Positions 10,297 through 19,745 of a DNA stretch of 64,000 nt are shown piece by piece. The stretch lies in assembly GCA_963765495.1 (NCBI GenBank), contig CAVXWP010000008.1, positions 64,001 through 128,000 on the forward strand, in the 5' to 3' direction. The position numbers were made by a program, and so were the translations under genes. Source of the stretch: Blastocatellia bacterium (lineage in GTDB: Bacteria > Acidobacteriota > Blastocatellia > UBA7656). The notes below the pieces were generated by a model, which was not told where the DNA came from, searched no databases, and saw only the letters and a list, made by a program, of their open reading frames with translations. How positions within the stretch are numbered: the first letter of the stretch is position 1; every line of letters begins with the position of its first letter.

Positions 10297-10458
10297 GGCA
10301 GTAGGCAGTAGGCAGTAAGCAGTAGGCAGTTTTTAGAGCCGGAGAAGGGAACCACCTGTTCATATCTATCCCCGTTCCCTGCTGACTTCGGCCCCTTAGC
10401 ATTGGTCTTGAACGTCATCTTACTGCCTACTGCTCACTGCTTACTGCCTACTGACTGC
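10297..10458. repeat. Palindromic element family B (TAGGCAG arms), about 90-bp core
   Basis: (GGCAGTA)n ... (TACTGCC)n; core is the reverse-orientation homologue of the 41640 copy. Confidence 0.85.
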
Positions 10459-12048
10459 TCATCGCGGTTCCACTACGAGAAATACCGTATTGCCGCCACG
10501 GTTGACAAGCAGCAGGACGGATTGTTTCCCCGCCTGATTTAAATCGTTCTCGAAATCAGAGACGCTGGTAACAGGTTTGTGATTAACCTGTTGAATGACA
10601 TCGCGAGGTCTGATGCCCGCTTCTGCCGCTGCGCTTCCCGACTGAACATCTGTCACAACAACACCGCGAGTCTGGGGCGACAGTTTCAATTGCTGGGCGA
10701 TCTGCGGCGTAAGCTCATCGACCTGCAATCCTTCGAGAGCCTTGCTCGGACGGCTTTGCTGACCCACGGCCTGATTATCGGAAGGCAGTTCGCCGAGCGT
10801 CACCGTGACATCGCGGGTGCTGCCGTCTCTGAATACCTTTAATTTCACGGACGTACCCGGTGCCAGCCCACCTATCTTGAGTTTGAGCGCGCGGCTATCG
10901 GTGATCGGCTCGCCGTTGACCTCCAGTATGATATCGCCCTTTTGGAGACCCGCGCCCGCGCCCGGTCCGTCGGGTGTCACGTCGCCCACGAGCGCGCCCT
11001 TAGGCTGATCGGCTCCGAATGCTTTTGCGAGTTGAGGAGTTACATCCTGAATAACTACGCCGAGGTATCCGCGAATCACCTTGCCGTTTTTAAGTATCTG
11101 CTCCATAACCTGACGGGCCATGTTTATCGGAACGGCAAAGCCTACGCCCTGATTCCCCTGCGCGCCGTTTGAGAGGATTGCCGTATTTATGCCTATCAAT
11201 GCCCCGGCAGAGTTTATGAGCGCGCCGCCGGAATTACCGGGATTGATAGCCGCGTCGGTTTGGATGAAATCTTCATAATCTTCGATATTCAGATTGCCGC
11301 GCCCGGTCGCGCTCACGATCCCCATAGTCACCGTCTGCCCGATTCCGAAGGGATTGCCGATGGCCAGAGCTATGTCGCCTACCTGAACCTGAGACGAATC
11401 GCCCAGCGAAAGCGAGGGCAAATTGCCTGCTTCTATCTTGAGCACGGCGATGTCGGTCTTTGGATCGGTCCCAATGACCTTGGCTTTGTATTCGGTTTTG
11501 TCGGAAAGAGAAACCTTTATGTCGCTGGCCTGATCTACTACGTGGTTGTTCGTCAGGATATAGCCGTCCGGGCTTACGATGACGCCCGAGCCGAGACTTT
11601 GTTCGCGTCTCTCTTTCGGCACCTGGAGATTTGGCCCATCTCCGCCGAAGAACTGTCGAAAGAACGGATCGTTCAGGAAGGGGTTTCTCATCTCGTTATC
11701 GGAATTGCTTACCACCTTTGTAGATGCGATATTGACGACCGTCGGCAGCACCGATTTTACAACGGGTGCAAAGCTGCCTCCGGGTACAGAGAGCCCGGCC
11801 GAATTGGGCTCACTGTTAGATATAAACATCGGCACGGCTTTCCCCTGTCCGAAAGGGGACTTGCCAGTCTTTACAGTTAGAAACGACCCGGCCAGCCCGC
11901 CTACGATCAGAACTACTATCAGCCCTATGGCTCCTGCGATGTAGCGGGCGCGCAATCCTCCTTTTCCGTCAGGTTGTTTTGCGGTTTCCACTGGCGCGGT
12001 TTCAATCCCCGTCTTATCCATTGGCTCGAAATATGAATCCTGCATCAT
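10459..12048 (-). CDS. degP: Do/DegP (HtrA) serine endoprotease with two PDZ domains
   Basis: GSGVI, TNNHV, DIAVLKI and QTDAAINPGNSGG motifs; two PDZ domains; N-terminal TM helix. Start chosen after AGAGGAG. Confidence 0.93.
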   Translation of the reverse strand: MMQDSYFEPMDKTGIETAPVETAKQPDGKGGLRARYIAGAIGLIVVLIVGGLAGSFLTVKTGKSPFGQGKAVPMFISNSEPNSAGLSVPGGSFAPVVKSVLPTVVNIASTKVVSNSDNEMRNPFLNDPFFRQFFGGDGPNLQVPKERREQSLGSGVIVSPDGYILTNNHVVDQASDIKVSLSDKTEYKAKVIGTDPKTDIAVLKIEAGNLPSLSLGDSSQVQVGDIALAIGNPFGIGQTVTMGIVSATGRGNLNIEDYEDFIQTDAAINPGNSGGALINSAGALIGINTAILSNGAQGNQGVGFAVPINMARQVMEQILKNGKVIRGYLGVVIQDVTPQLAKAFGADQPKGALVGDVTPDGPGAGAGLQKGDIILEVNGEPITDSRALKLKIGGLAPGTSVKLKVFRDGSTRDVTVTLGELPSDNQAVGQQSRPSKALEGLQVDELTPQIAQQLKLSPQTRGVVVTDVQSGSAAAEAGIRPRDVIQQVNHKPVTSVSDFENDLNQAGKQSVLLLVNRGGNTVFLVVEPR

Positions 12049-12239
12049 GCTGTCTCCTCTTTTCATTTGGCCCGGTTGCAATAACGGCACTCGCCTTCAA
12101 CCGGGCGGTTGCTTGTGTTCTATTTCCTACCTCTTAAGAGGAATTTTGGTGAGGCGCGATTCGGTGAGGGGAAAGAATACTTGCTCCACTTCAGGCGCTT
12201 CCTTCCGAGCGATCCCGCGCGCCTCACACCGTTATGCAG

Positions 12240-12255
12240 GGCAAAGACCGTTCCA
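12240..12255 (-). promoter_or_regulatory. Putative sigma54 promoter for degP
   Basis: Minus strand TGGAACGGTCTTTGCC (GG-N10-GC). Confidence 0.65.
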
Positions 12256-12372
12256 CTCGCGTAAATCTCCCTTTGAATAAAAAAAGGAGAAAAAACCAGC
12301 CTAAACTGTGATTTCATTGATCCGTTATCGAGTTCGAATCAGTCGCCTGTTAGGAGGTCGGTGGCTAGCACG

Positions 12373-12408
12373 TGTGGCACTCTTGATTTTGCTCGCAAAT
12401 CCGCCACA
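12373..12408. promoter_or_regulatory. Putative enhancer (UAS) for a sigma54 activator
   Basis: TGTGGC-N24-GCCACA, about 118 bp upstream of the degP sigma54 motif; same ends and length as 13079-13114. Confidence 0.5.
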
Positions 12409-12411
12409 AAG

Positions 12412-12572
12412 CAGTGATCAGTGATCAGTGGTCAGTGATGAGTTTGGTAAAGTATTTGACAAAATCGAGATGTGTGAAATATTAAACGGAAATAAGGGGC
12501 GTGAATCCGAAGAATTTGTATGTATCAGCGATGTCTTTTATGTAACTGACCACTGACCATTGATCACTGACC
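12412..12572. repeat. Palindromic element with CAGTGAT/CAGTGGT heptamer arms
   Basis: cagtgatcagtgatcagtggtcagtgat ... actgaccactgaccattgatcactgacc. Confidence 0.75.
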
Positions 12573-12583
12573 CTCGGCCCCAT

Positions 12584-12624
12584 AAAAAAATGGCGGGTCG
12601 ACTCAGGAGCGAGATCGACCCGCG
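12584..12624 (-). terminator. Rho-independent terminator after the small secreted peptide gene
   Basis: Minus strand gcgggtcga...tcgacccgc followed by caTTTTTTT. Confidence 0.7.
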
Positions 12625-12658
12625 CTCGAAGGAGACTGCTTGCTCAGAGAATCTGTAA

Positions 12659-12874
12659 CTACTTACCGGTGCCTTTTGATTTGCTCGCGCTTGGTTTCTT
12701 ATGTTTCTTCTTGTGATGCTTCTTTTTTGCCATCGGCTTTGCGGCAGTGCGGGTGCTTGATGCCGCCGGTTTGGCTGTTTTAGACGCGCCCCCTTGTCCA
12801 TTAGTTGACGCGGCAAATGCCGATGACGCGGCCAGAGCCAATGCTAAACTACCTGCTAGAATCAATTTCTTCAT
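12659..12874 (-). CDS. Small secreted Lys/His-rich peptide resembling Asr acid-shock proteins (71 aa)
   Basis: MKKLILAGSLALALAASSAFA signal peptide, Ala/Thr/Lys-rich body, KKKHHKKKHKK; RBS GGAGA, sigma54 motif and terminator. Confidence 0.75.
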   Translation of the reverse strand: MKKLILAGSLALALAASSAFAASTNGQGGASKTAKPAASSTRTAAKPMAKKKHHKKKHKKPSASKSKGTGK

Positions 12875-12967
12875 CTTAAATATCTCCATTGTAAAATCTT
12901 TCTTCCTGCCTGTTTCCGCGGCCCTGCCGCGAGACTTGCTAACCTGAGCAGGACGTAATTCTGATAT

Positions 12968-12983
12968 AGCAAAGCCGGTGCCA
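12968..12983 (-). promoter_or_regulatory. sigma54 -24/-12 promoter for the Asr-like gene
   Basis: Minus strand TGGCACCGGCTTTGCT matches TGGCAC-N5-TTGCW. Confidence 0.8.
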
Positions 12984-13078
12984 TAGCAGACCAAAGCGCG
13001 ATGTCTGAGATAAATGCCGGATTAGCTTGATTTGCCGGGGGGGCGGTGTTTGAGAATCGGGAAATACACAAAATACTT

Positions 13079-13114
13079 TGTGGCCGTTTTGTTTCGCAAG
13101 ACAAAACGGCCACA
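13079..13114. promoter_or_regulatory. Perfect inverted repeat: putative activator UAS and/or terminator
   Basis: TGTGGCCGTTTTGT-ttcgcaag-ACAAAACGGCCACA, about 96 bp upstream of the sigma54 motif and just after the amidase stop. Confidence 0.6.
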
Positions 13115-13118
13115 AGGG

Positions 13119-13718
13119 TTAAACCTCTCGCGCGAGTATTTCTTCTTTCAAGGCTCTGACCTCGGCTCGCAACTCTTCCAGGCGATCCATTATGCGTCCG
13201 GGGCAGAGCGTATGCCCTTCGAGGACTTCCGTGTGACCGATTATCCGGGCTGCGTCAAAGCGGCCCCAGACCGACAGCCACGCGCATAAGTCTATGAGTG
13301 AATTCCATTGCTGTTTGGTCACGTGACAGGCATCCAGATTGACGCCTTCAATCTCGATTCCAAACCATCGAGTGTTATAGCGAACCACACTTGAAGCGTG
13401 TGCGCCTCTGACTACCTCCCCTTCGCGGGCCGCGACAAGTGTACCGTGTCTGCCTTCGAGTATGAGGCCGCCACGGCTTATCGTAAAATGCTCTCCCGTG
13501 TCGGCCCACATCCTATCGGGGCTGTCCATGTGATGGTTCTGTATGCGGCGCGCCAGATTGAACGCTTCATCAATCTCACGGTCGCCTTCTTCGGGCAAGC
13601 GGTTAGGGTCAGCCGTGTGATGCACGACGATGCCTTCGGCCTCGTGTCTTGCGAATCCCCCGCCTCTGGGTGGGCGAGCGCCCCATTCAACCGTGGTATA
13701 AATTTTCGGTTCATCCAT
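13119..13718 (-). CDS. N-acetylmuramoyl-L-alanine amidase (Amidase_2/PGRP-like)
   Basis: EWGA, IVVHHTA, IQ.HHM, W.D.G.HF.I, GAHA, GIEIEG and IIGH......T.CPG Zn-amidase motifs. Confidence 0.85.
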   Translation of the reverse strand: MDEPKIYTTVEWGARPPRGGGFARHEAEGIVVHHTADPNRLPEEGDREIDEAFNLARRIQNHHMDSPDRMWADTGEHFTISRGGLILEGRHGTLVAAREGEVVRGAHASSVVRYNTRWFGIEIEGVNLDACHVTKQQWNSLIDLCAWLSVWGRFDAARIIGHTEVLEGHTLCPGRIMDRLEELRAEVRALKEEILAREV

Positions 13719-13754
13719 CTTCTGTCCGCCCCGCTCAATACTGTTCAATGCTGC

Positions 13755-15125
13755 TTAATCGCTCTTTTCTTTGAGCTTGATATCGAAACGTTCCGCCATT
13801 CGATAAAGCGTTCGGCGATCAATTCCCAGCACTTCGGCAGCGCGGGTGCGGCTACCTCCGACCTCCTGCAACACGTAAATCAAATACCGCCTCTCGATTT
13901 CGTCGAGAGGCGGTAAATCTTCAAACATTGAATTGATACGGGTCTCGCGGTCGTATTCTTTGCTGTGAATAAGGATCTTTTCGGGCAGGTCTTCGGGCAT
14001 GATGGCCGAACCACGCGCATAAAGCGCCGCGTGCTCTATGGTGTTTTCAAGCTCGCGAACATTGCCCGGCCAGTTGTATTGCTCAAGCAATGTGAGCGCC
14101 TGCTCTGAGATCGTATGCGCTCCCGCCCCTGCCTCCTTTGCACGCTTGAGCGCGTGCGCGGCAAGGAGGGCTATGTCTTCGCGCCGCTCGCGGAGTGGCG
14201 GAACCCTGAACGTCACTACGCTCAGGCGATAAAACAGGTCTTCGCGGAAGCGGCCTTCCTTGACCTCCAGTTCGAGATTGCGATTGGTCGCGGCCAGCAC
14301 TCGGGCATCAACCTTTATGGCGCGGGCGCTGCCCACGCGGCGGATCTCGGATTCCTGTAAGACCCTGAGAAGCTTCACCTGCAAGCCGGGGCTGGTCTCG
14401 CCGATTTCGTCCAGAAGAATCGTGCCCTGATCAGCCTCTTCAAACAGGCCGCGCTTATCGCTGACAGCGCCAGTAAAACTGCCTCTGACGTGGCCGAACA
14501 ATTCCGACTCAAGCAGAGTCTCGGTAAGCGCGCCGCAATTAACGGCTACGAACGGCCCCGATGCCCTTGAACTGTTGCGATACAATGCGCGGGCTACCAG
14601 TTCCTTTCCAACCCCCGATTCGCCTGTGATAAGCACGGTCGAACGCGAAGGTGCAACCATAGCTATCTCTTTGTAGAGGTCGATCATTTTCGGGCTGTGA
14701 CCGATGATACCCGTTACCTCGCCGTGCTCCTTCAACAACACGGCGGCAGGCTCTCCGCCGTCGCGCCCCTTGAGCGCCCGCCTCGCCGTCGCAATAACTT
14801 CGTTTACATTAAAGGGCTTGCTGACGTAATCGAATGCGCCTTCACGCACGGCTTCGACCGCCGTCTCAAGCGTGCCGAACCCGCTTATGAGTATCACCTC
14901 AGATGACGGCGCAAGCTGTTTGAACTCTTTGAGCAGCGCGACCCCGTTGACCCGCCCGCCCAGGTTTATGTCGCTCACGATAAGATCAAAGCGCCCGGGC
15001 TCGACTTCGTTTCGAGCCGATTCGGCCGTCTGGCTCGTAGAAACTTCCCACCCTTCCTCAGAGAAAATCTCAGATAGAAAGTTGCAGGTTTCAAGGTCAT
15101 CATCTATTACGAGTATCTTCTTCAT
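13755..15125 (-). CDS. sigma54-dependent response regulator (NtrC/ZraR/AtoC family)
   Basis: Receiver domain, GESGVGKE, ESELFGH.RGSFTGA, WPGNVREL and Fis-type HTH. Confidence 0.95.
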   Translation of the reverse strand: MKKILVIDDDLETCNFLSEIFSEEGWEVSTSQTAESARNEVEPGRFDLIVSDINLGGRVNGVALLKEFKQLAPSSEVILISGFGTLETAVEAVREGAFDYVSKPFNVNEVIATARRALKGRDGGEPAAVLLKEHGEVTGIIGHSPKMIDLYKEIAMVAPSRSTVLITGESGVGKELVARALYRNSSRASGPFVAVNCGALTETLLESELFGHVRGSFTGAVSDKRGLFEEADQGTILLDEIGETSPGLQVKLLRVLQESEIRRVGSARAIKVDARVLAATNRNLELEVKEGRFREDLFYRLSVVTFRVPPLRERREDIALLAAHALKRAKEAGAGAHTISEQALTLLEQYNWPGNVRELENTIEHAALYARGSAIMPEDLPEKILIHSKEYDRETRINSMFEDLPPLDEIERRYLIYVLQEVGGSRTRAAEVLGIDRRTLYRMAERFDIKLKEKSD

Positions 15126-16888
15126 CCTTCTACTTTCAAAGCCTCGGCTTCAATCGATTCATTCACGGCCCCGCCCGCTTCGCTCCCCGCTCCCGCCCGA
15201 TCTGATCGGGCGTCTGAGGCGTGGATATGTGAATCTGCATTTTGAGGCAAACTTATTCGAAAGCATGTTCCTTCGCCCGGTTTGCTTTCGACATCTATGC
15301 TCCCGCCGTGCTCAAGTATAATCTGTTTTACGATCGTCAGCCCAAGCCCCGTGCCTGCCCTCTGCTTTGTAGTAAACAACGGATCAAAGATCAAGTCTAT
15401 CTCGTCGGCGGCGATCCCCTCGCCGTTATCGGCCATCTCTATGAAGACGCTTTGCGGGCCGGAGGCGGTCGAAACCCTCAACCTTCCGCCGCCGGGCATG
15501 GCATCCAGACCGTTGTTTATCAGATTGATTATTACCTGTTGCAACTGATCCGGGTCGGCTTTGATCGGCAGGATTGTGTCGGACATCTCAGTTTGAAGCT
15601 CTACATTGCGGGCGGCAAGCGTAGGCTGCGCGGCATCGAGTATGCGAGCAAGCAGCGAGTTGATGTCCAGTTCCTCGAGTCTGAGCACGGGCCGTCTCGT
15701 GGAATCGAGCATGGTCCTTACAATGTTTGTAATACGCTCTATCTGTCCGGCGATTATGTCCAGCCGTTTTATTACACGCTCCTGCGAAGCGCGAGCGCGC
15801 AGCAATTGAACGTGGCCCGAAATGAGGTTGAGAGGCGTTCCCACTTCGTGGGCGAACTGCGCGGCCAGTTGCCCGGCGGCGGCCAGTCGTTCGAGCTGGG
15901 TCAGATGGCGTTGCAACTCGAACAAACGAAGGTTTGCGACTTCGAGTTGTTCTTTGCGTTCCGCGATTTCTGCGGTAGCGTCCTGAACGCGGTCTTCCAG
16001 CCGGCGGTGTTCCTGGTTGAGTTGTTCGGTCATCTGACGAATGCGGCCCAGCATTCTATTGAACCGCGCGGTGAGCAATCCTATTTCGTCGGGCGCGAGC
16101 GGGTCTACTTCAACCGTCAGGTCTCCTTCCTCGGCCTTCGACATCGCAAGTAACAGACCGCCGATTGGCTCATAGACGATGTGTCTGAACAGAAAGTATG
16201 TGATCAAAGTAATCGTGATAATGCCCAGAAGCATAACGGGCCAGATCAGGCTGCGGAGCCTCGCCGCATAGCTTGTGGTCTGATCAAAGGCGAGCAGGGC
16301 AGACACGGCCCCGATCTGTTTCGGTTCCTTATCGTCGAGGGCTGCAATCACCGGCCACGTTGCCAGCATATATCGGATATGATCGCGCTCGGGGAGCGTT
16401 GTAATGGAAGCCTTTTCAAGCGCGGGCCGAAGGGTTGGTTCACTCAGACCATAGGGGGTCACTGCATCGCCGACCAGAGTTATCTTTTCATCCCATTTAT
16501 CCGGTCCTGATTTGTAGAATACGCGAGCCACGGCAAGTTGCTGATTGGTTTTGATTATTGTCTCGTAAATCTCGTCCTGGACCTCGGTCCAGTCGGGCAC
16601 AGTACTTGTGACGGGCGGCGTGGACGGGCTCATCTTGTTGCCGCCGTGCTGATTGGAGTGGCGCTCGCGGCGGGTCTCGCGTCTGATGTGATGCTCAACC
16701 GTGTTGGCCACACGAGTGGCCACGAGTTGAGCCGCCTGTTGTTCCTCCTGATTGCTTAAACTTGTGAGCGCAAGATCCGAGAAATAGACTATGACTGCGA
16801 ATATGGCTACCAGCACCGCAGAGACCAGAATCGTAGTCTTTGTGTGTAGCTTGAGCGGGGTCAGCCTCAAAGAAGGAATAAATCGCAT
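15122..16888 (-). CDS. Membrane sensor histidine kinase with HAMP domain
   Basis: Two TM helices around a periplasmic domain, HAMP, AHEVGTPL H-box, N/G1/F/G2 boxes; ATGA overlap with the regulator. Confidence 0.94.
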   Translation of the reverse strand: MRFIPSLRLTPLKLHTKTTILVSAVLVAIFAVIVYFSDLALTSLSNQEEQQAAQLVATRVANTVEHHIRRETRRERHSNQHGGNKMSPSTPPVTSTVPDWTEVQDEIYETIIKTNQQLAVARVFYKSGPDKWDEKITLVGDAVTPYGLSEPTLRPALEKASITTLPERDHIRYMLATWPVIAALDDKEPKQIGAVSALLAFDQTTSYAARLRSLIWPVMLLGIITITLITYFLFRHIVYEPIGGLLLAMSKAEEGDLTVEVDPLAPDEIGLLTARFNRMLGRIRQMTEQLNQEHRRLEDRVQDATAEIAERKEQLEVANLRLFELQRHLTQLERLAAAGQLAAQFAHEVGTPLNLISGHVQLLRARASQERVIKRLDIIAGQIERITNIVRTMLDSTRRPVLRLEELDINSLLARILDAAQPTLAARNVELQTEMSDTILPIKADPDQLQQVIINLINNGLDAMPGGGRLRVSTASGPQSVFIEMADNGEGIAADEIDLIFDPLFTTKQRAGTGLGLTIVKQIILEHGGSIDVESKPGEGTCFRISLPQNADSHIHASDARSDRAGAGSEAGGAVNESIEAEALKVEG

Positions 16889-17070
16889 GGATGAACCTGC
16901 AAAAGACAGAACGGGAGTTTTATCAAGTACGCTTGTCTGAACTCAGTATTTTGCATCAGTCTCAACCGCCAGCGCCATAGACTATCTGAGATTTGAGATG
17001 ATCGGGCGTGAAAGAGATTAGTTATCCGACAGGGCAGAGCATTGCCTGAGATTTCAAATCTCAAATCGGC

Positions 17071-18213
17071 TCACTTGTAGATATAGGCGGTGCTCTTCTT
17101 TTGATTCCATTGGATGGAGTCAATATTATGCGGGTCGCTCGACATTATCTCATCGCTCAACTCGTCCGTACTGAGCAACGGGCTTACGCTCACGCGATAA
17201 CGAATGGTGCCCCATTCGTCCTGCTCGTCAGGGTGATCGACCTTTCTAAGCTCGGCCTGGATTTCGTGTTTCTCGAAGAGTTCTTTCAGGCAGTCATCGG
17301 TCATCTCAATATCGCGCGTCTTTACGGTCAACTCCATTGCGCGGAGAATCTGCTCGGGTTCGTAGTATTCGAGCACCCACAACATCAACATCACAAACAG
17401 TGCAAGTATTACGGCTATGGTCCAGAAACCGACTCCCGTGGCCAGTCCTATGCCGAGGCTAATCAGAAGCACAGTGATCTCTTTGGGGTCGCGGACGGTC
17501 GTGCGGAATCGCACAAGTGATGCGGCAGCGAATATGCCGAAGGCGCGAGCCGCGTTGTCCGACACGATCATCATCAGCGCCGAAGCCACTACGGCCAGCA
17601 GTATCTGAGTCTGCGCCACGTAAGGGTTTCGCTGCGGAACCGGCAAGTCTTTGCGCGGGCGATAAGCAAGCAAGGCGGCAAGCAAGGCGGCAAGCGCGAG
17701 CCTCAACAATATTCTTGCCGACATCTTTAACAGCCCCTCGGCCTGCGGCTGCCCCGGTATTGCTCTGTCCTCACCAAATATGCGCCCGACGATGGAGTCG
17801 TCTGCTGCGGGTTTTTGCTGGCCCTGAGTAGTATCCTGAGTAGTACCCTGAGTAGTACCCTGAGTCGTGCCCTGAGATGGACCTTGAGTCGTGCCCTGAG
17901 TGGGAACCTGGGGGGAAGTGGTCTGTTGCGGCTCGGTCGCCTGCGTCTGTTGTGCGGGGTGATTCGAGGTGCCAAACATCAGAAATACGACCAGCACCAG
18001 AATCAATAACCCGCCGACTATCGCCCCGATCAGGACTACAGGCTGGTTCATCAGCGCCATGACACGATTTCGCGGTTGTTTGTTTCCGCGAGCGTCGGCG
18101 TGGCGTATCGCTTCCTGAGCGCTTGTGCGCACGGCTTCCCATCGGTCTTGCCGGTCGCCCGGCGAAAGCTCTTCATAATTATTGTCGTCGTGATTGCGAT
18201 TTGACTTACTCAT
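17071..18213 (-). CDS. DUF4956/MgtC-SapB-like membrane protein with a QGTT-repeat linker
   Basis: ARAFGIFAAASLVRFRT..RDPKE and GIGLA.G.G motifs; ACT-like C-terminus. Confidence 0.75.
   Translation of the reverse strand: MSKSNRNHDDNNYEELSPGDRQDRWEAVRTSAQEAIRHADARGNKQPRNRVMALMNQPVVLIGAIVGGLLILVLVVFLMFGTSNHPAQQTQATEPQQTTSPQVPTQGTTQGPSQGTTQGTTQGTTQDTTQGQQKPAADDSIVGRIFGEDRAIPGQPQAEGLLKMSARILLRLALAALLAALLAYRPRKDLPVPQRNPYVAQTQILLAVVASALMMIVSDNAARAFGIFAAASLVRFRTTVRDPKEITVLLISLGIGLATGVGFWTIAVILALFVMLMLWVLEYYEPEQILRAMELTVKTRDIEMTDDCLKELFEKHEIQAELRKVDHPDEQDEWGTIRYRVSVSPLLSTDELSDEIMSSDPHNIDSIQWNQKKSTAYIYK
17822..17910 (-). repeat. 12-bp coding tandem repeat (QGTT)n
   Basis: About 7 degenerate copies of ccctgagtagta. 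Confidence 0.85.
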
Positions 18214-18258
18214 CTCTTTTCCTGTGCTCTTTTAGGATAAACAGCGATAAGAACTAAA

Positions 18259-18274
18259 AGCAAACACTATACCT
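18259..18274 (-). promoter_or_regulatory. Possible sigma54 promoter for the DUF4956-like gene
   Basis: Minus strand AGGTATAGTGTTTGCT (GG-N10-GC, TTGCT). Confidence 0.45.
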
Positions 18275-18496
18275 TCCAAACTCAGTAACTGAGCCCTTCC
18301 GATACAGGTTCGGTTAAATGCCTGAAATCAAGAGATTTACGAAAAGAGAATCCGAACCTGCGTCTGAAAGACCTGAAAGTCGGAATCAAGCGGGCGAATG
18401 TATTTAATACTCACGCGGGTAGAGACAGACCGCAAATCAATAGAAAGGTGTAGTGAAACGATGCCTGCCGAGTTTGCTTTTCAGGCTCTTTCACCG

Positions 18497-19615
18497 CTAG
18501 CCTTGAGCCGATAGCTCCATTACGCCTTCCATCGTCTCCTGTATAAGCTGGTCTACCACGGCGTTGAAATCTTTCGTCCGCTCGTAGGTGGCAAGCTGGC
18601 GGTCGGCGCTCGTCCCCGTCTCAAGTATCGTATGGACGTATTCGAGTTCTTTTCGGCTGCCAAGCTCATCGACCACATCGTCTACGAAATCGAGCAACTC
18701 GTGGATCAAATCGCGCGCGGGCACCTCTTTCTTCTTGCCAAAGTCTATGAGCTTGCCGTCGAGCCCCCACCTGACGGCGCGCCACTTGTTCTCCTGTATG
18801 AGTGCGCGACGATATAGCCGGAAACCCATGTTCTTACGATAGAGCTTGTAGAGTTTGGCCGTGATGGCTTGAAACAGCGCGGCTATGGCAATGACTTCGT
18901 CAACGCGAGAAGGTAGATCGCAGATGCGGTATTCGAGGGTAGGGAATTGAGGATGCGGTCGCACATCCCACCAAATCTTCTTGGGCCGGTCGATGCAGCC
19001 GGTCTTGAGCAGCAGATCGACATAGCTTTCGTATTCGGAGTATGAACTGAAGTAGTCGGGAATATCTGTGCGCGGGAATTTCTTGAACAACTCCGAGCGA
19101 TAGCTCTTCAGCCCCGTATTGGTTCCCATCCAGAAGGGTGAACTTGTCGAGAGCGCCAATACGTGCGGCAAGAAATAGCGCGCGGCATTCATCAGGTGTA
19201 TCTGCGCTTCGCGGTCGTCTATGCCTACGTGAACGTGCATGCCGAATATCAAAAGCGACTGCGCAAGTACCTTCATTTCGCTCAGGAGTTTTTCGTAGTG
19301 CTCGCCTTCGGTGATCAGTTGTTGCTTCCAATCTGAGAAAGGATGAGTCGAGGCGGCGGCGACGCGCAGGCCCTTACTCCCGGCCAGCGTGGCTATGGTC
19401 CGGCGGAGTTTTACCAGATCGGCGCGAGCCTCCTGTACGTTGTTGCATATGCCTGTGCCGATCTCGATCATTGACTGATGCATCTCGGGCTTGACCTGCT
19501 CTCCGAGGATCATCCGTCCTTCTTCGATCATCTCGACTATGTGCGAGCGCAACTCTCGCGTTTGAGGGTCTATGATCTGAAATTCCTCTTCGATCCCCAG
19601 TGTGAAATCAGCCAT
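18497..19615 (-). CDS. Carboxylate-amine ligase (YbdK / glutamate--cysteine ligase family 2)
   Basis: FTLGIEEEFQ, GMHVHVG, SSPFW, WWDVRP and TLEYRICD motifs. Confidence 0.92.
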   Translation of the reverse strand: MADFTLGIEEEFQIIDPQTRELRSHIVEMIEEGRMILGEQVKPEMHQSMIEIGTGICNNVQEARADLVKLRRTIATLAGSKGLRVAAASTHPFSDWKQQLITEGEHYEKLLSEMKVLAQSLLIFGMHVHVGIDDREAQIHLMNAARYFLPHVLALSTSSPFWMGTNTGLKSYRSELFKKFPRTDIPDYFSSYSEYESYVDLLLKTGCIDRPKKIWWDVRPHPQFPTLEYRICDLPSRVDEVIAIAALFQAITAKLYKLYRKNMGFRLYRRALIQENKWRAVRWGLDGKLIDFGKKKEVPARDLIHELLDFVDDVVDELGSRKELEYVHTILETGTSADRQLATYERTKDFNAVVDQLIQETMEGVMELSAQG

Positions 19616-19745
19616 CTTGAACTCCTTTCTCAGAACCATTCACCAGGGCAGCAACAGCGGGAACCGTCTGCGGGTCACGCACTGTTGATAACATTGTGTT
19701 GGTGCTTGATGTGATTTATGTGCTTTTAAGCGATAAAAGTCAATC

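Noticed and set aside
10163-10402. ORF with LLPTAY and poly-His; similar ORFs at 31913, 41370, 41741 and 46294
   Set aside because: Translations of TAGGCAG repeats and of an (ATC)n Ile run in another frame, not real proteins.
12375-12393. TGGCAC...TTGCT as a plus-strand sigma54 promoter
   Set aside because: Spacing is 3 bp too long for -24/-12, and no plus-strand gene follows.
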